DNA of 37,852 bases from Collodictyon triciliatum (taxonomy: Eukaryota), in NCBI GenBank assembly GCA_043381765.1, contig JBHJMP010000924.1:1-37852 (forward strand), read 5' to 3'. How positions within the stretch are numbered: position 1 is the stretch's first letter; each line of letters opens with the position of its first letter. Below are positions 1 through 13,500 of this stretch, piece after piece. Position numbers and translations under genes: made by a program. The notes below the pieces were generated by a model that searched no databases, was not told the origin of the DNA, and saw nothing but the letters and a program-made list of their open reading frames with translations.

Positions 1-104
1 AGAAAAAGAAGAAAAAGAAGAAAAAGAAGAAAAAGAAGAAAAAGAAGAAAAAGAAGAAAAAGAAGAAAAAGAAGAAAAAGAAGAAAAAGAAGAAAAAGAA
101 GAAA
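1..104. repeat. (AAAAAGAAG)n 9-bp tandem repeat at the window edge
   Basis: Directly visible perfect tandem array. Confidence 0.95.
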
Positions 105-310
105 AATAAAAGGAAGGTGTCTATGGAAGTATCAATCACAATTGATTATTTTGCCTCCATCAAGTGGAACAGTCTCCTCTCTTTGTATCGAATAAAGGAA
201 GAAAAAAAAAGTAGAATACCCTCTACATGCTGGTACCTTGATTTTCGTAACGTTTTTTTTTTTTTTTTTTAAAAAAAATGTGTTTATAACCTTAATAACA
301 ACATCAGTTG

Positions 311-436
311 ATGGAGTCCTTCCCTGCGGACGCTGAGACTGTCACAAAGTACGAAAGCCTTAAAGCACTCGGGAAGGGTTCCTTTGGTACTGTGTCGCTT
401 GCACGTAACAAAGTAAAAACATTATTATTATTATTA

Positions 437-504
<68 letters not shown>

Positions 505-3500
505 TCCTTTCCGTTTGTCTCTTTTTTCTTATTCCTTTTTATTTCTTTCCGCTTTTTTTAATTATAGATGGATTTATTTGTAACCTTATGTGTCCTTGTT
601 ATTCCTTTTCTGTGATTCCTGGTTTTTTTTATAATACAACTAAATCTTGATACTCATATTCAATAACCATATTTGCTTTTTTTTTTTTAATCTTTCATGC
701 TTAGGTGACGAAGTCTCTTTGTGTAATCAAGCGGATTCGACAGGAAGATCAGACAAAGCAGAACATGCAGTCCATCCGTGATGAAGTCCTCTTCACTCTG
801 GATAATTGCATATCTATATCATGCTTGCAGTAGTTCGAATTCAACGAAAGATATACTCTTTATGTTCCTTTCATCTCAATCTAGGTGCGCCTGCTTTCTG
901 TCCTGAAGCATCCAAATATTGTTGGATACCAAGAGGTTTACACTGACCTCGCCGATGGAAATTGCATATGTATTGTGATGGATTTCTGTGATGGAGGAGA
1001 TCTTGATAAACGAGTTAGGCACGCAATCGAGCTCAACTACAGATTCGATGAAAATGTATAAATGATTTAATCTGTAGTTTTTTCACCTTAACTGTCGACA
1101 TGAACCAATCCCATAATTTTTGTTCCCCTTCATTTTTCTGTTGCCGTATGTTGGTACTCATGCTCACGTAATGTAGCAAGTCATGAGCTGGTTCACACAG
1201 CTGTTGATGGCTCTTGAATATCTTCACAAAAAGTCTATCATACAGTTCGTCTTCATCTTAATAGTGCATCGACCATGATATCCTTCCTTCCTTCCTTCCT
1301 CCTCCTTTTTTTTTTTTTTAATACAATGTACGAATTTTGCATATTGGTTAATTTTTCTTTTCTCCATTTTATTAGTCGAGATTTGAAAGGACAAAATGTC
1401 TTTCTTATGAAAAATGGCATGGTCAAACTAGGTTTCATATCTCGATAATCTAACCTCAGTATTTTGAATAGTCATCTTTTTCCATATTTTCACATATATT
1501 ATGCGATGTCATAATTGTAAAGATAATATTTCTATTCATTTATTTGATATATTTATAAACAAAGGCGACTTTGGTGTTTCTAAAACCATCGAAGAGAGTT
1601 CCATGGCAAAAACAATGGTTGGAACACCCTATTATATCAGCCCAGAAATCATCCGAGGCGATAAATATCCGAAAGCAATCCTTTAAATTTCGCCCCGTTT
1701 ATTCGATTCAAAGCCAACAGCAATACTTTGCATTTCATATTTGTGTATTCGTCTGGTTCACTTTTTCACAATATTCCCTTGACACTATAAACATATGATA
1801 CAAAATCGGATATATGGTCCCTTGGTTGTATTCTTTACGAGCTATGTACACTGAATAGACCTTTCCAAGGCGATGTAAAGTGCTTTTGATTTTTTTCATA
1901 TATCCCTTAATTTATGAAGTACAAGCTCAAAACATTATTCCTGAAATATAGCCATAGTGTATTGATTATGCATATATTGTCTCCATATTTACTTACAAAT
2001 TTCGTTCTCCAGAATATGTTCCAGCTCATGGCTTCTATACAGAAAGGAGAATACGTTCCTCTAAACGAAACGCTTTTTTCTCCTGGTATATGTCAACTCT
2101 CTTCCAGATTGCTCCAGATAAGCCCTGAAGCTAGGCCGAGTGCCAAACAAATTTTAGTGGATGCGTGGGTCACAGACCACGTAACAAGAGTAGCCGAAGA
2201 GCTTTCTGCCTCTGAGCCTGTAATCACATCCGATGCATCGAAACTGGGGTATTTTTTCATGATTTCCCCCTTAGAGATTGAATCGTCACTGATTTTGCAT
2301 GAACACCAGAGTAAACTGGGATATTGCGTGATTTTTTCCTTCATTTGATTCAAAATGTAAACTGAAATATTGTATGATAAAGGGGAAAATACAATTGTCA
2401 TTTTTTTTTTTAATATTTAATACATCTACCAACACAATTCAGAAAGCCTGCTTTTCCTTCCAAACGCCCCATGCTTAAGAGGACAGGAACTTCAGGGGGT
2501 GCCAAGATTCAAGTTAACACAACAAGTATAGTCACGGCACAAAATACAAGCAAAGACCCAACAATATCTGTTCAGATTCAAGTTCCTTCTTCCAGCATTG
2601 TAGATGCAATTTTGAGACCCTTTCACAAGGCTTCCTCTGTTTTTAAAAATATACATGAATCTGATGAAAAAGTTTTGAATAACCATGAAGCTCTTCTTCC
2701 TGATGTCAGTGCAGGGAAGGAAACAGAGAAGAGAATACAACCACATTCAGCGAACACAGCAGATAATAATAATCATACCCAGAATAACCACTCACGAGAT
2801 AATATAACATTACCCTCGATTAGCAAGGATACCACCCTCATACAGTTACAATCAAACCCGAATCATCATGTACTCCGAAACCAAAGGACGATGGGGTCTA
2901 TTCAACTTGGAACCCAAATACCATCAAAGGCCCCCCAAAAAGCAGAGCATGTTGCTGGACAGGCCGTCACTTTTACCGACACAGCCAGCACAACTTCAAA
3001 GAGTTTCCGTTCCCTCAAAACTGACATGACAGAACCGAAAACTGTCGATGCAGGGTCTCTGTCGAAAACGCCTCAATATGTGCAGCCGCAGTCGAAACCT
3101 TTATCTGAAATAAATCCAAACAGAATCAAACCGGCGGCCTACATACGACGAGATTCTCTCCCCAGGCCGGTTGTTCTACCATCCACAGTTTGCTCGGTAG
3201 GAACTTTTTCAAAGGAAACTTATTAATCCCTTCTCTAAATATTCCCTTAACTTTGATAAATAATTGTGTCTATGTAATATATCTTAAATATGCTTATATG
3301 TACTGAAAAAAAAAACGAAAATAAGTTAATTTTACATTTGCACAACACCCAACTTCTCAAATACTCTATATTACACAGAAACAACACGAAATGCACTGGC
3401 AAAAGAATCAGAAAACAATACCTCTCGAAACCGAAGACGAAACTGATATGTAATATGCACATATACAATCCTTAAACTCTCCAATTTTTCTACTTGGCAT

Positions 3501-5359
3501 TTTTGATTTATATTGTACACGCAACATTCAATATTTTTTTCGTTTGTGAATCAAATACCAGTAACGATTACCGAAATGTGCTTTAATAAATATAACCATG
3601 ATATAATTTATTTATTTAATGCATTTTGCGATATTGATTTAATCTGAGACCAAAACTAATTCGAACAAACAGAAATCATGGGCAAGAGCAAGACTTGAGG
3701 AGTTTCCTGTCTATCGTAAAAAGAAAGTTCAAAGCCTTCTTTGAGGCCCCTGTATCTGATTCTGAAAATACAGAGACGAGACTGAATCGAACGCCGAGTC
3801 CAAATACAAACCCTCGAAACCAGGAACAAAATCACACGATTATCGATTCGCGAAAGAGTACAAAATTCACCAGCAGCAGCGAACCCAGGTCACATGTCAC
3901 GAAGCGATACATCGACACAGAACCATCCAAAGGGATAGTGATTGACACACAATCCACCACGGACTACTCATCGAGCCTTTCAAACACGCCATCACCACGT
4001 TCACAATCTCCTTTGACCCAACCACTAGACAGGAAACAAACTCCAAGCAGTGTGGTTCGATGTATTCAGCCAGAGCAGGCACTCTACAAACCACAACCCG
4101 ACTCTTCCAGCGACTCTGACAACGACGCGACAGGGGCAGATGGCATCATTCTCAGGAACGCCGACGTCCCATCACCAGAAAGTTCAGCAACGTCTGGCAA
4201 GTCTGATTCTGGACAAGGTTTACGCCTGGCCAATCAACAAGAGAGCAACTCTGTAAACCAAAATGAAACCCACCAGAGCAGAGGGAGTAGCCCGCATATA
4301 CAGCCGACTGCAGGTCCAGACTCCTTGGCTACCTTACTCCGAGGAAAAGGACCCCACGAACCCATCCTGAGGTCGCCATATCTTTCATCAACATCATCCC
4401 CAATCACAAACCACACAGCCATCCCTCCAGGCTCACATCGCCACACACCCACAAACACTGACATTCGATCCAGTCCGTCTTTGCGTTCGTCCCCAACGCC
4501 AGACTCGATGACAAGTCCTGGCCTTCATTCAATCACTCATGGTGCCACGCCAATAGACCAGTTTCACCAGCGTAGAGAGCAGGCTGCAAATGCAATCGGT
4601 GACTTTCTTCCTGGGTACGACCCATCTGATATGCGACACTCTTTTACAAAGCCCAAAGGCATGCCACGTCGCTCCTCGTCGGTTGTCCGAGACTCGCTTC
4701 CGCCTCTTCACGCTCAGGACATTTCACGGATAGCAAAAGCCCTGCGGGATGACTGTCCACAAGGGGAAGATGTGAGACATGATGGGAGCGAATCGGCACA
4801 AGAGCAATCATCCAGTGTGCAACTTGACGCGTCCGGACTGAGGGAAAAGCCCAACGCAGGGAGCACATTCGCGGCATCAACAAATGGTGAGCCGCAGGCT
4901 GGAATGCTCCCGTACATCCGCCCCAGTCGCCGGTCTGTCCCATCAAGCCCAATACCAGACCACGTAAGAAGGAGTAAAGCAAAACAGGAGCGATGATATG
5001 CGCAAATGGGTTGTGAAAAAGAAGAAAAAAGAAGGCCAACTTTCATGCCCTTCATCGCGTGTTGTTTCCTTTATGTTCTTGAGGTCATAGTCGTGCTTTT
5101 ATCTTCTAACACAACATTGCATCGATAGGAGATGTCATCTGCGCTTGCTGTGAGCAGTAGTGATGAGCGTGCGTTGGGAATCATCAAACAAGTCCAAAGG
5201 ATGCCGATATCATCACTCGCCGCTCTGCAGTCACCCACAACCGCATCGCAAGTGACACTGACAGGCGAGTCTGTCACAAACACCAACGCAACATCAAATA
5301 CCGATTCGAGACCAACAGCCATGCTTAGGATGAGACCGTCGTTGCGTTCGTACCAATAG
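311..5359 (+). CDS. NEK: NIMA-related (NEK) Ser/Thr kinase with long S/T/P-rich C-terminal tail, ~12 exons
   Basis: Spliced exons 311-412, 705-785, 885-1055, 1177-1244, 1376-1431, 1565-1664, 1793-1874, 2013-2248, 2443-~3187, 3379-3449, 3673-4963, 5129-5359. They give [65 protein letters not shown] and RPSA, a typical NEK kinase domain. A possible upstream micro-exon ATG CTG at 227-232 splices in frame to 308. The NEK subfamily cannot be resolved. Confidence 0.92.
421..502. repeat. (ATT)n microsatellite in NEK intron 1
   Basis: Directly visible; it produces the spurious poly-Leu in the ORF track. Confidence 0.95.
1665..1792 (+). other. U12-type AT-AC intron (NEK intron 6)
   Basis: Donor ATATCCG, branch point TTCCCTTGAC (1774-1783), terminal AC at 1791-1792. 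Removal restores [11 protein letters not shown], and no GT is available at this junction. Confidence 0.9.
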
Positions 5360-5510
5360 CGCCTTTCGCCGTGTTGTTCTGGCAATGCGCTCATTATGCA
5401 AAGACTACTTTCCTCTGTGAAGCGTATACTCTTTTTTTCTTTTTTCTGTTCTATCTACTTCTCGAATACTTGTACTAGCCTCCCAAGAATAAATAAAAAT
5501 AACTAGAAGC

Positions 5511-5568
5511 ACAAACAAACAAACAAACAAACAAACTAACAAAAGAAAACAAACAAACTAACTAACTA
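5511..5568. repeat. (AAAC)n-like repeat between NEK and EXO1
   Basis: Directly visible, imperfect. Confidence 0.8.
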
Positions 5569-5668
5569 ATGATGTTGCTGTACTGGGGTTTGCTCCACAG
5601 TCGCCTCCGGACGGGTTTCTTTCAATCCCCCGCTTTTTGTCTCTCGTTTCAGAATCCCTTTCTTCGTC

Positions 5669-8600
5669 ATGGGGATATCTGGGCTGCTTCGCCACTTGAA
5701 GCCGAGCATCCCGAAAGTTCGTACGACGGAGCTGCGTGGCCGGAGAATCGGGATCGACGGATATGTGTGGCTACATCGCGGGGTTTTCATATCCTTGTCC
5801 GCGCGTTCATTTATTTGTTTATGCATTCATTTATTTTATTCATTTATTCATTCATTTATTCATTCATTTATGAATTAATTCATTTATTCATTCATTTATT
5901 CATTCATTTATTCATTCATTTATTCATTCATTTATTCATTCATTTATTCATTCATTTATTCATTCATTTATTCATTCATTTATTCATTCATTTATTCATT
6001 CATTTATTCATTCATTTATTCATTTATTCATTCATTTATTCATTTATTCATTTATTCATTCATTAATTCATTCATTTATTCATTCATTTATTCATTCATT
6101 TATTCATTCATTTATTCATTTATTCATTCATTTATTCATTTATTCATTCATTTATTCATTTATTCATTCATTTATTCATTTATTCATTAATTCATTCATT
6201 TATTCATTCATTTATTCATTTATTCATTCATTTATTCATTCATTTATTCATTCATTTATTTATTCATTTATTCATTCATTTATTCATTCATTTATTCATT
6301 CATGTATTCATTCATTTATTTATTCATTTATTTATTCATTTATTCATTCATTTATTCATTCATTTATTCATTCATTTATTCATTCATTTATTCATTAATT
6401 CATTTATTCATTCATTTATGCATTAATTCATTTATTCATTTATTCATTCATTTATTCATTCATTTATTCATTCATTAATTCATTTATTCATTCATTTATT
6501 CATTCATTTATTCATTCATTTATTCATTCATTTATGCATTAATTCATTTATTCATTCATTTATTCATTTATTCATTCATTTTTATATGCGCTGATTTGTG
6601 TACAAGCTCGTTTACATTAAAAAGAAAGGAACATAATGGCTCTGGTTGTGTAGAGTTCCTTGACTATCCTTCCTCTGCCTTTTATTTCCCTTTCTATTTG
6701 TTCCTCTGTTTATCTATTTGCCTTTTGGTTTTCTGTTTCAAACACTTGTGCTGCTGAGCTCGGACAGGGCATTCGAACAGAGAAGCATATTGGATATTTT
6801 ATGCGGCAGCTTGACTCTGTTTCTCGGCTTGGATTGACTCCCGTGGTGGTCTTTGATGGAAGAGAGTTGCCAGGAAAGGCACAGACAGAGCTCGACAGGA
6901 AAAAGTTCGATTAATCACCGACGTGTCTACACATATTTCATAGATGCCTCCGTACTTTCACCCTCATTAAAAATCGCTTGAGGAATTATTTCGCACTTGA
7001 AGATTTTATTCTCTCCTGGATTCTTTTTCGTATATGCTTTTGTAAATAATCGATTTATATTCTTTTATCGAACATTATTCAATTCAATCTATTTGGAATG
7101 ATTCCTCTATATTTCTTTCTCCTTTTCTCCCATTTCCTGCTGGTACTTGAATTGCGAATGCATGCAATCATAAGTATTTAGCTTGCCTCAATACCACCGG
7201 AAGGGTGAGATAATTAACTGTGCCATTACACCCTCTTTGATTTTGAATAGAAAGAGAGAAGAAAGCCGAGAAGCCGCACTAATACATATGCAAGAGAATC
7301 GAAAAGATGAAGCTTATTCTTGTTTTGCAAAGTCAGTCGATGTTACCCCTGAGATGGCCCATCGAGTGATTCAGGTATTTTCCTTTTTTCTCTCTCTCCC
7401 CTTCTTCTTTAACTCATTAACTATGATTTCAAGTATAATATAGAAGAATCAAGTAGAATCAAATAGGGTCGTTTCAAAATATGAAATTGACAGTAAAATG
7501 GAAAATGTTTATGCATTAGAGCCATTTAATGCAAATTTTCCTGAAATATATATGTATATCGATTGATATGCATTTATCTATCGGAAAAAGGAGGATATTA
7601 TCTATCGTCCATATAAAATACAATCGATAAATCAAAAAGGAAAAAATAGGAATGCAGTCACGTCACTCAATTTTCAATTTCTTACCTTTTTTTTTTATTT
7701 TAGGTATTGAGAAAGCGTGGTATTGAGTTTATTGTCTCTCCATACGAAGCTGATGCACAGTTAGCCTATATGTGTGAAGAAGGAATTATCGACCTTGTCC
7801 TGACAGAGGACTCTGATTTAATTCCTCATGGCTGTTCTATGGTATGAATACTTTGTAAATAAAATCTAATGATGCAGCATCAAAATCAAACTCATGATAC
7901 TTATTGATGTCTTGTGATAGATTCTGTTTAAATATTCCGCTGATGGTACTGGTGATTTGTTTACAAGAGATAATGTAATTTCAGACAAAGGAAGCCCTTT
8001 TTTCGAGTGGAACATGTCAAGTATCCTTGATGCATGTATACTTGCAGGTTAGTTGCATTTGTAACCAACAATCACATATTTTATTACTATCCACCCTGTC
8101 TCATAAATGTTCTTGTTTTCAAATGTTTCGCTCTAATATATTACCATTTTCTGATGGTATTATAATGTCAGGTTGTGACTATGTCCCATCCCTACCGGGC
8201 CTTGGGATAAAGAAAGCATGCACATACATAAGCACTTACGGATGCCTGGAGAAGGTGTTACCTTATATATATCGATAAGATTTTATTCAGGATTTAATAC
8301 TTTTTTATAGTGATTAATTAGTTGATAAAACCATACCACGCACCAAGCAGAATTCCCTATATTCAAATGTTTCTCTGTGCGCATATGTTTTTGTTGTTCA
8401 ATCTCGGTCTGGACCCTATGAAGGCTATCCAAGGTATCCAGCTGAGGAGGCTACATTCAGTATCCGACGAGTATCTTTCGCTAGCCATCCAGGCGCGGCT
8501 GACTTTTCTTCACCATATTGTTTATGACCCAAGGAAAAAATGTCTTGTGCATAAAACACCACTTCCTGAGAGTGCGCGTTATGAAAACTTTGAATTTCTT

Positions 8601-10159
8601 GGCGAGTGAGTATTATCATCATCATCATTATTATTATTTATTAAAATTTCACTCTCGCATTGTACATTTCTGGTTGCTTTCCCTTCTCATTTACGTACCC
8701 AGGATATGGAGCGAAGAAATATCTCGTCAGGTTTGCAAAGGAGAGATGGACCCAAGCACGTTCGAATTATTTATAGATGGTGGCCCACTCACTGATTCAT
8801 TCGTAAGATTTGGTCTAATTTTTACACACAACGTTTATTCTGATTGAAGATATGATTATCCTTTCATGTTTTACTCCCTAATTTTCTACATTTTTTTAAA
8901 AGTTGTTAGGAGAATCTGATAAAATCGGTAAAAAGAGAGTAAACGAATCCCCAATAGAAAAAGCGAACAAAATCAGTGCATACTTTCAAAGTATACCTTG
9001 AAGCGTACATAGCCATTATTTCAAATAATCCTGTTTTACATATATTCTTAAATTCCTTCCTTTGCTCATACGTGTGCATCTACCCACTTACCTACACTTG
9101 CATTTTTATCTAAAATTAAATAGTAATGATTTTTTTTTATTTTACCAGCGACATCAACAATAGTCACATCTGCATCAAAAAGGCATAGCCAAGTGGTATG
9201 TTTCACTCAATCATTTTGTCATGCAATTTTATGCATTTATTCCCACTGTTATACCATGCCAAACTAGAAAATGCTCAATTATTCAGAAATACCTGCATAG
9301 AGGTTTGTATGTGCCAATTGATGTCTCTATCACCTACAGATCAGCGCGGATGAGACTAATCCCGATGAAGGTCTTGTGGATAATTTGCCCAGACTTCGTA
9401 CAAACAGTTTGTTCATCTCTCCTAAATTGCAATCCTCATTATTAATGCTGTCTAGTTACATTTTTCTACAAAATTATATTAATGTATCTATATGAGGAGA
9501 AAGTCTGAAAGTAATTTACGGGTAGATAGTTCACTTGCATATAAGGACGAGGATAAGCCACGACACGAGGAAAGCACAGTTGCTCATGAAAATACTCGAG
9601 TGGTTGTTGTGAGCAAGTATTTTATGGACGCACATGAGAACGATCCAATAAAAAGGATTATGGCTATCTTTGCGAGCCGAGAAAATATAACCCACTCAAA
9701 GTATGAAGATATGGGCACCGAACATCTTTCACCTACCGCAGTGGCCGAAGGTCTTGACCCATCTAAACATCATTCGTCCGAGTGCGCAAATCAGGCAATC
9801 ATCATACAATATTACCTTCTTTTTTTTTTCCCGATATTAAAATATACCATTAATTCCATTCAAACTTACTTTTACATGTACGATAAAGTTGCGCATACAA
9901 CAAAAGTGTAATTCACAAAGATAAGTTGGGCGCCATATCTTGATTAATTTTAACCCATTAACGCGTTTAGATAGGAACAATGTCTCATATAAGTGACAGT
10001 TCCTCGCCAACAACCGCTGACGTTGCAGAAGAAAACGAGATGAACGACCAAACGTACACGGCAAAAGAGATACCGACACAGGCGAAGAGTGTATTTGATT
10101 TCAACGCTTTCCGCAGCCGCACGCAGAAGGCTCCAATTGGCGCAGGACAGGACAAATAA
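5669..10159 (+). CDS. EXO1: Exonuclease 1 (XPG/RAD2 family), multi-exon
   Basis: Motifs [72 protein letters not shown]. The C-terminal region has an MIP-box-like VSKYF (9609-9623). The last exon 9971-10159 ends at TAA. C-terminal exon boundaries are less certain. Confidence 0.93.
5789..6743 (+). other. U12-type AT-AC intron (EXO1 intron 1)
   Basis: Perfect donor ATATCCTT at 5789, TTCCTTGAC at 6656-6664, AC at 6742-6743. Splicing gives WLHRGVF|TCAAELG, matching the EXO1 WLHxGxxxCAxEL pattern. Confidence 0.88.
5807..6581. repeat. Composite (ATTC/ATTT)n satellite with a 12-bp ATTCATTCATTT period, inside the EXO1 U12 intron
   Basis: Directly visible, ~770 bp. Confidence 0.95.
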
Positions 10160-10585
10160 ACATCATTGGTCAGACAAAGTACAAAGTTAACAACTAGCGA
10201 GAGCACCCAGATAAAACGAGGAAACGAATACATGAGTTCTGTACATTCTCGACGGGGTTTCGTGCGATGGGTAACCTCCATCTGCGAAGTACCGCTTATC
10301 TAGAATCCTCTAAACCCATAAATGTCCCGAAAGAATTGAGAATATATCTTATCCGAAAAGCAGCCAACAGCAATTAACTGTTTCTTGGTCAAATCGACAG
10401 ATAAATGCACATTTATGTAATATATATGTTTATTTGATTTCTATTTTAAAAGTAAAAAAGAAACTCATATCTCAACGTATTGTGGAATGGTTGAAAACTA
10501 TGGATTATGTATGCACAATTTTACAGGCAGAATTACTGGTGCATGAGAATAGATGGATTTAAGAAAGCAGCTTTAAAGTGATGTG

Positions 10586-13500
10586 TTAGCGAGGCTTTGG
10601 TTTAGAATGTAATGGTTGTGGAGAGGCCGCTGGTTCTGCGCTGGGCGATTCACTCTTTTCTATTGCGTCCTTTTGTCTCTGCTTATAAACTCTATAAACA
10701 ACATCCTCCTTGTTTGTAATGAACGAGCGACGAGGCGGGACTTCGCGAGTGGGGCCTTCATTAAAGAAATAAATAAATAAAGAAATAAATAAATAAATAA
10801 ATAGTGACAAAAATCGTTCAGGTATCAGAAATAAAAATGAATAAATAAAAAAGAAGGGAGAGGTATATAAATTGAACTTTGTATCATCTTAGAATATCGT
10901 TCAGAGCCCAGTAATGATTGAAGGAATTCTGCCTGCTCGCCTGATGAGCTGTTGTGAGGCTCAAGTGACTGTGATATCTAAAATTCACCGCAAGATGGTT
11001 GAATTTATAGTAGCTGTTGCTTCACATATAACAAGAAATAAAAGCGTTCATTCGTTTGTTTAATAAAGTCTACCTGTCCTTTTGTTGGCTTTTTCTTTGA
11101 GACATCCAAATCTGCTGTAAACAACTTTGAATATTGGTACTCGTCCTCACCGATTTGCACGATTTTTTCTGATGCGTACTTTCGTTCCAAGAATCGGCCG
11201 AGCAAATACCTTTACAAATATGGCATGGGCGAACATGCATATATTTACAAAGTATTAAAAAACAACAATTAAATTCATGCTCACTAACATATTCCTCTGA
11301 ATTTTCACCTATGGAATTATTTATATACTCTCAAATATACATTCCTTCGTTTGGAGATACTATATCAAAACACTGCCACAAACATTTCATCATGTCGACG
11401 ATCTTCAAACTCTAATTCTTCTTGGATAAATCTGTCTCGGGCATCTGAAAGTTCCTGCAGATCTTTTTTCATTGTAGATCTGAGAAGATAACACAACCAG
11501 TAATTATTTTCTTTAAAACACAAACGTCACGACATCAAATAGTAATGGGTTTGCTAGTGAGTGCAAATCACGCAACAAAAAATTGTTGAATATATATACT
11601 TTCTCAATCGTCTCATTACCTTAGCTTGGCACATGCGAGCACGAGCTCCTTATTACTCATGTCAGATGTGTATTGAATCTATATGGAAGAGTAAATATCG
11701 ATACAGATGCATTCTGTAAAATACCATCACATATAAATTTAGGCACTCTGCAATTGGTTTGTTGCAACTCAGTTAGAGGATTTTCTTTCAGTATATTATC
11801 ACACATCGAAATAAATGCAGTAATCACCTTCTTCTCATCAGGAAATGGAGGAATCATCTTAAGTTGACGGCGCGGTCTCTCTTTTACTGTTATCGCAGCG
11901 GCTTGGGCCTCCATCTTTGCCATGACTTCGGCATCCGCTCGTGATATCTTTGTCCTTAGAATATTAAAAGTAATAGTTATCTGACAGTGGGTATAAGTCA
12001 AGGTAAAGCATTTAAATTTGATTATTTGGTAATCATAGAAAAAATACAATCAGGAACTGAATAGTTTTTGTACAATAACTTCAATATGGATTGTCTTTAT
12101 AAACAAATAATTGAAAGACGAATGTCTTACTTGGATTTGTCATCAAATTTGGCAATAATATCGTCGGGTGGTTTCCCATATACCTGAAACAATAACAATT
12201 TTAATAATAATAGGGTAAATAAATCGCTAATAATTAGCAAGGCTTTGTAATCAGCTATTCATCTTTCCTACACCTGATAGAATAATAATTGAAAAACAAA
12301 ACCTTGGACTTTTCCATCATTTTCTTGTAAGAGTCTTCAACTTGTGAGTCACTTTTGCGTGATGCTATTTGTCGCAAGTTTTGTCGCAGTGTGAGAAGTC
12401 GTCGTTTGAAGTTCTCTTCATCGATTCGTTTGTTGTCCTATTAATACATACCTTAGAATTGTTTGATGGGTGATATGTGTTGTTTCAAATAGGAAAAAAA
12501 AAATTCATAAATAATACTGTAGAATTAAATAGATTTCTCTGCGAACCTCTGCTATGAGTGCTTTAATAGCTTTTTCTGAAAGGTTGGACATTTCCTTGGG
12601 CTGCTTCGAGTTGAAGTCAACAGCTGTGAAACGAAAACGTTATTATTGTGCAAGAAGATAATTTCTCAACTTATTGCACAATAAGATGAATAAACACGGC
12701 ATCAATATGTATATTTTGTAACCGTTTTCAAGATTCAATATCTGAAATGCGTCAACAAGATCGTCGACTTGAGGGGCCTGTAAAACCATTGTTGTGAGGA
12801 TACTTTTTTTTTGTATCACCATCACATTTCATGACTTTGAATCGAATAAAAAAAAAATCATCATTTTCCAGGAACTGTATTGGTACCCTTCGAGAATACA
12901 AAATAAAAAAAAGGCGTTAACCAAATATTTACTTCACGGATAATAGCACCCCAATCCTTTCGATACCCAAATCCTTTCCAATCTTCGATGGTAATCAAAT
13001 CAGCATTCTTTTCCTATTTGGGGGTACAGTCATGAATAATACATGGCTTTAAATAGCAGAGTCGGCACATTAAGTATGATGTTATAAATCAAAACAAATC
13101 AAAACAAATCAAAACAAATCAAAATAAATCAAAATAAATCAAAATAAATTAAGATAAATTAAGATAAATCAAAACAAATCAAAACAAATCAAAATAAATT
13201 AAGATAAGTACATGAAGATAAACAAATGAAAACCTTGAGTTTTAAATACTCATTTCGCAGTATTTGAACAAAGTCAACTTTTGCTCGAATTTTACTCTTC
13301 TTCTTTGACGATAATTGCACCTCAGCTACATTTGTTTGACTGGATTTATGTGCTGAGCCATATAATTATAAGGGCAATCACCAAATGCATAAGAAATAAA
13401 AGTAGCTTTACGAGTGGTTTAGAGTCGATGATTTTTTTTATTAAAAATTAAAAACATTTAAGACAGCCATATGAACCTGCTTCACTCGTTTGGTTAAGAA

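Noticed and set aside
1278-1285. ATATCCTT in NEK intron 4
   Set aside because: It is internal to the GT-AG intron 1245-1375 that restores HRDLK.
8021-8028. GTATCCTT resembling a U12 donor in EXO1
   Set aside because: It lies inside the open exon 7921-8047 ([11 protein letters not shown]), which splices at a later GT to GCDY.
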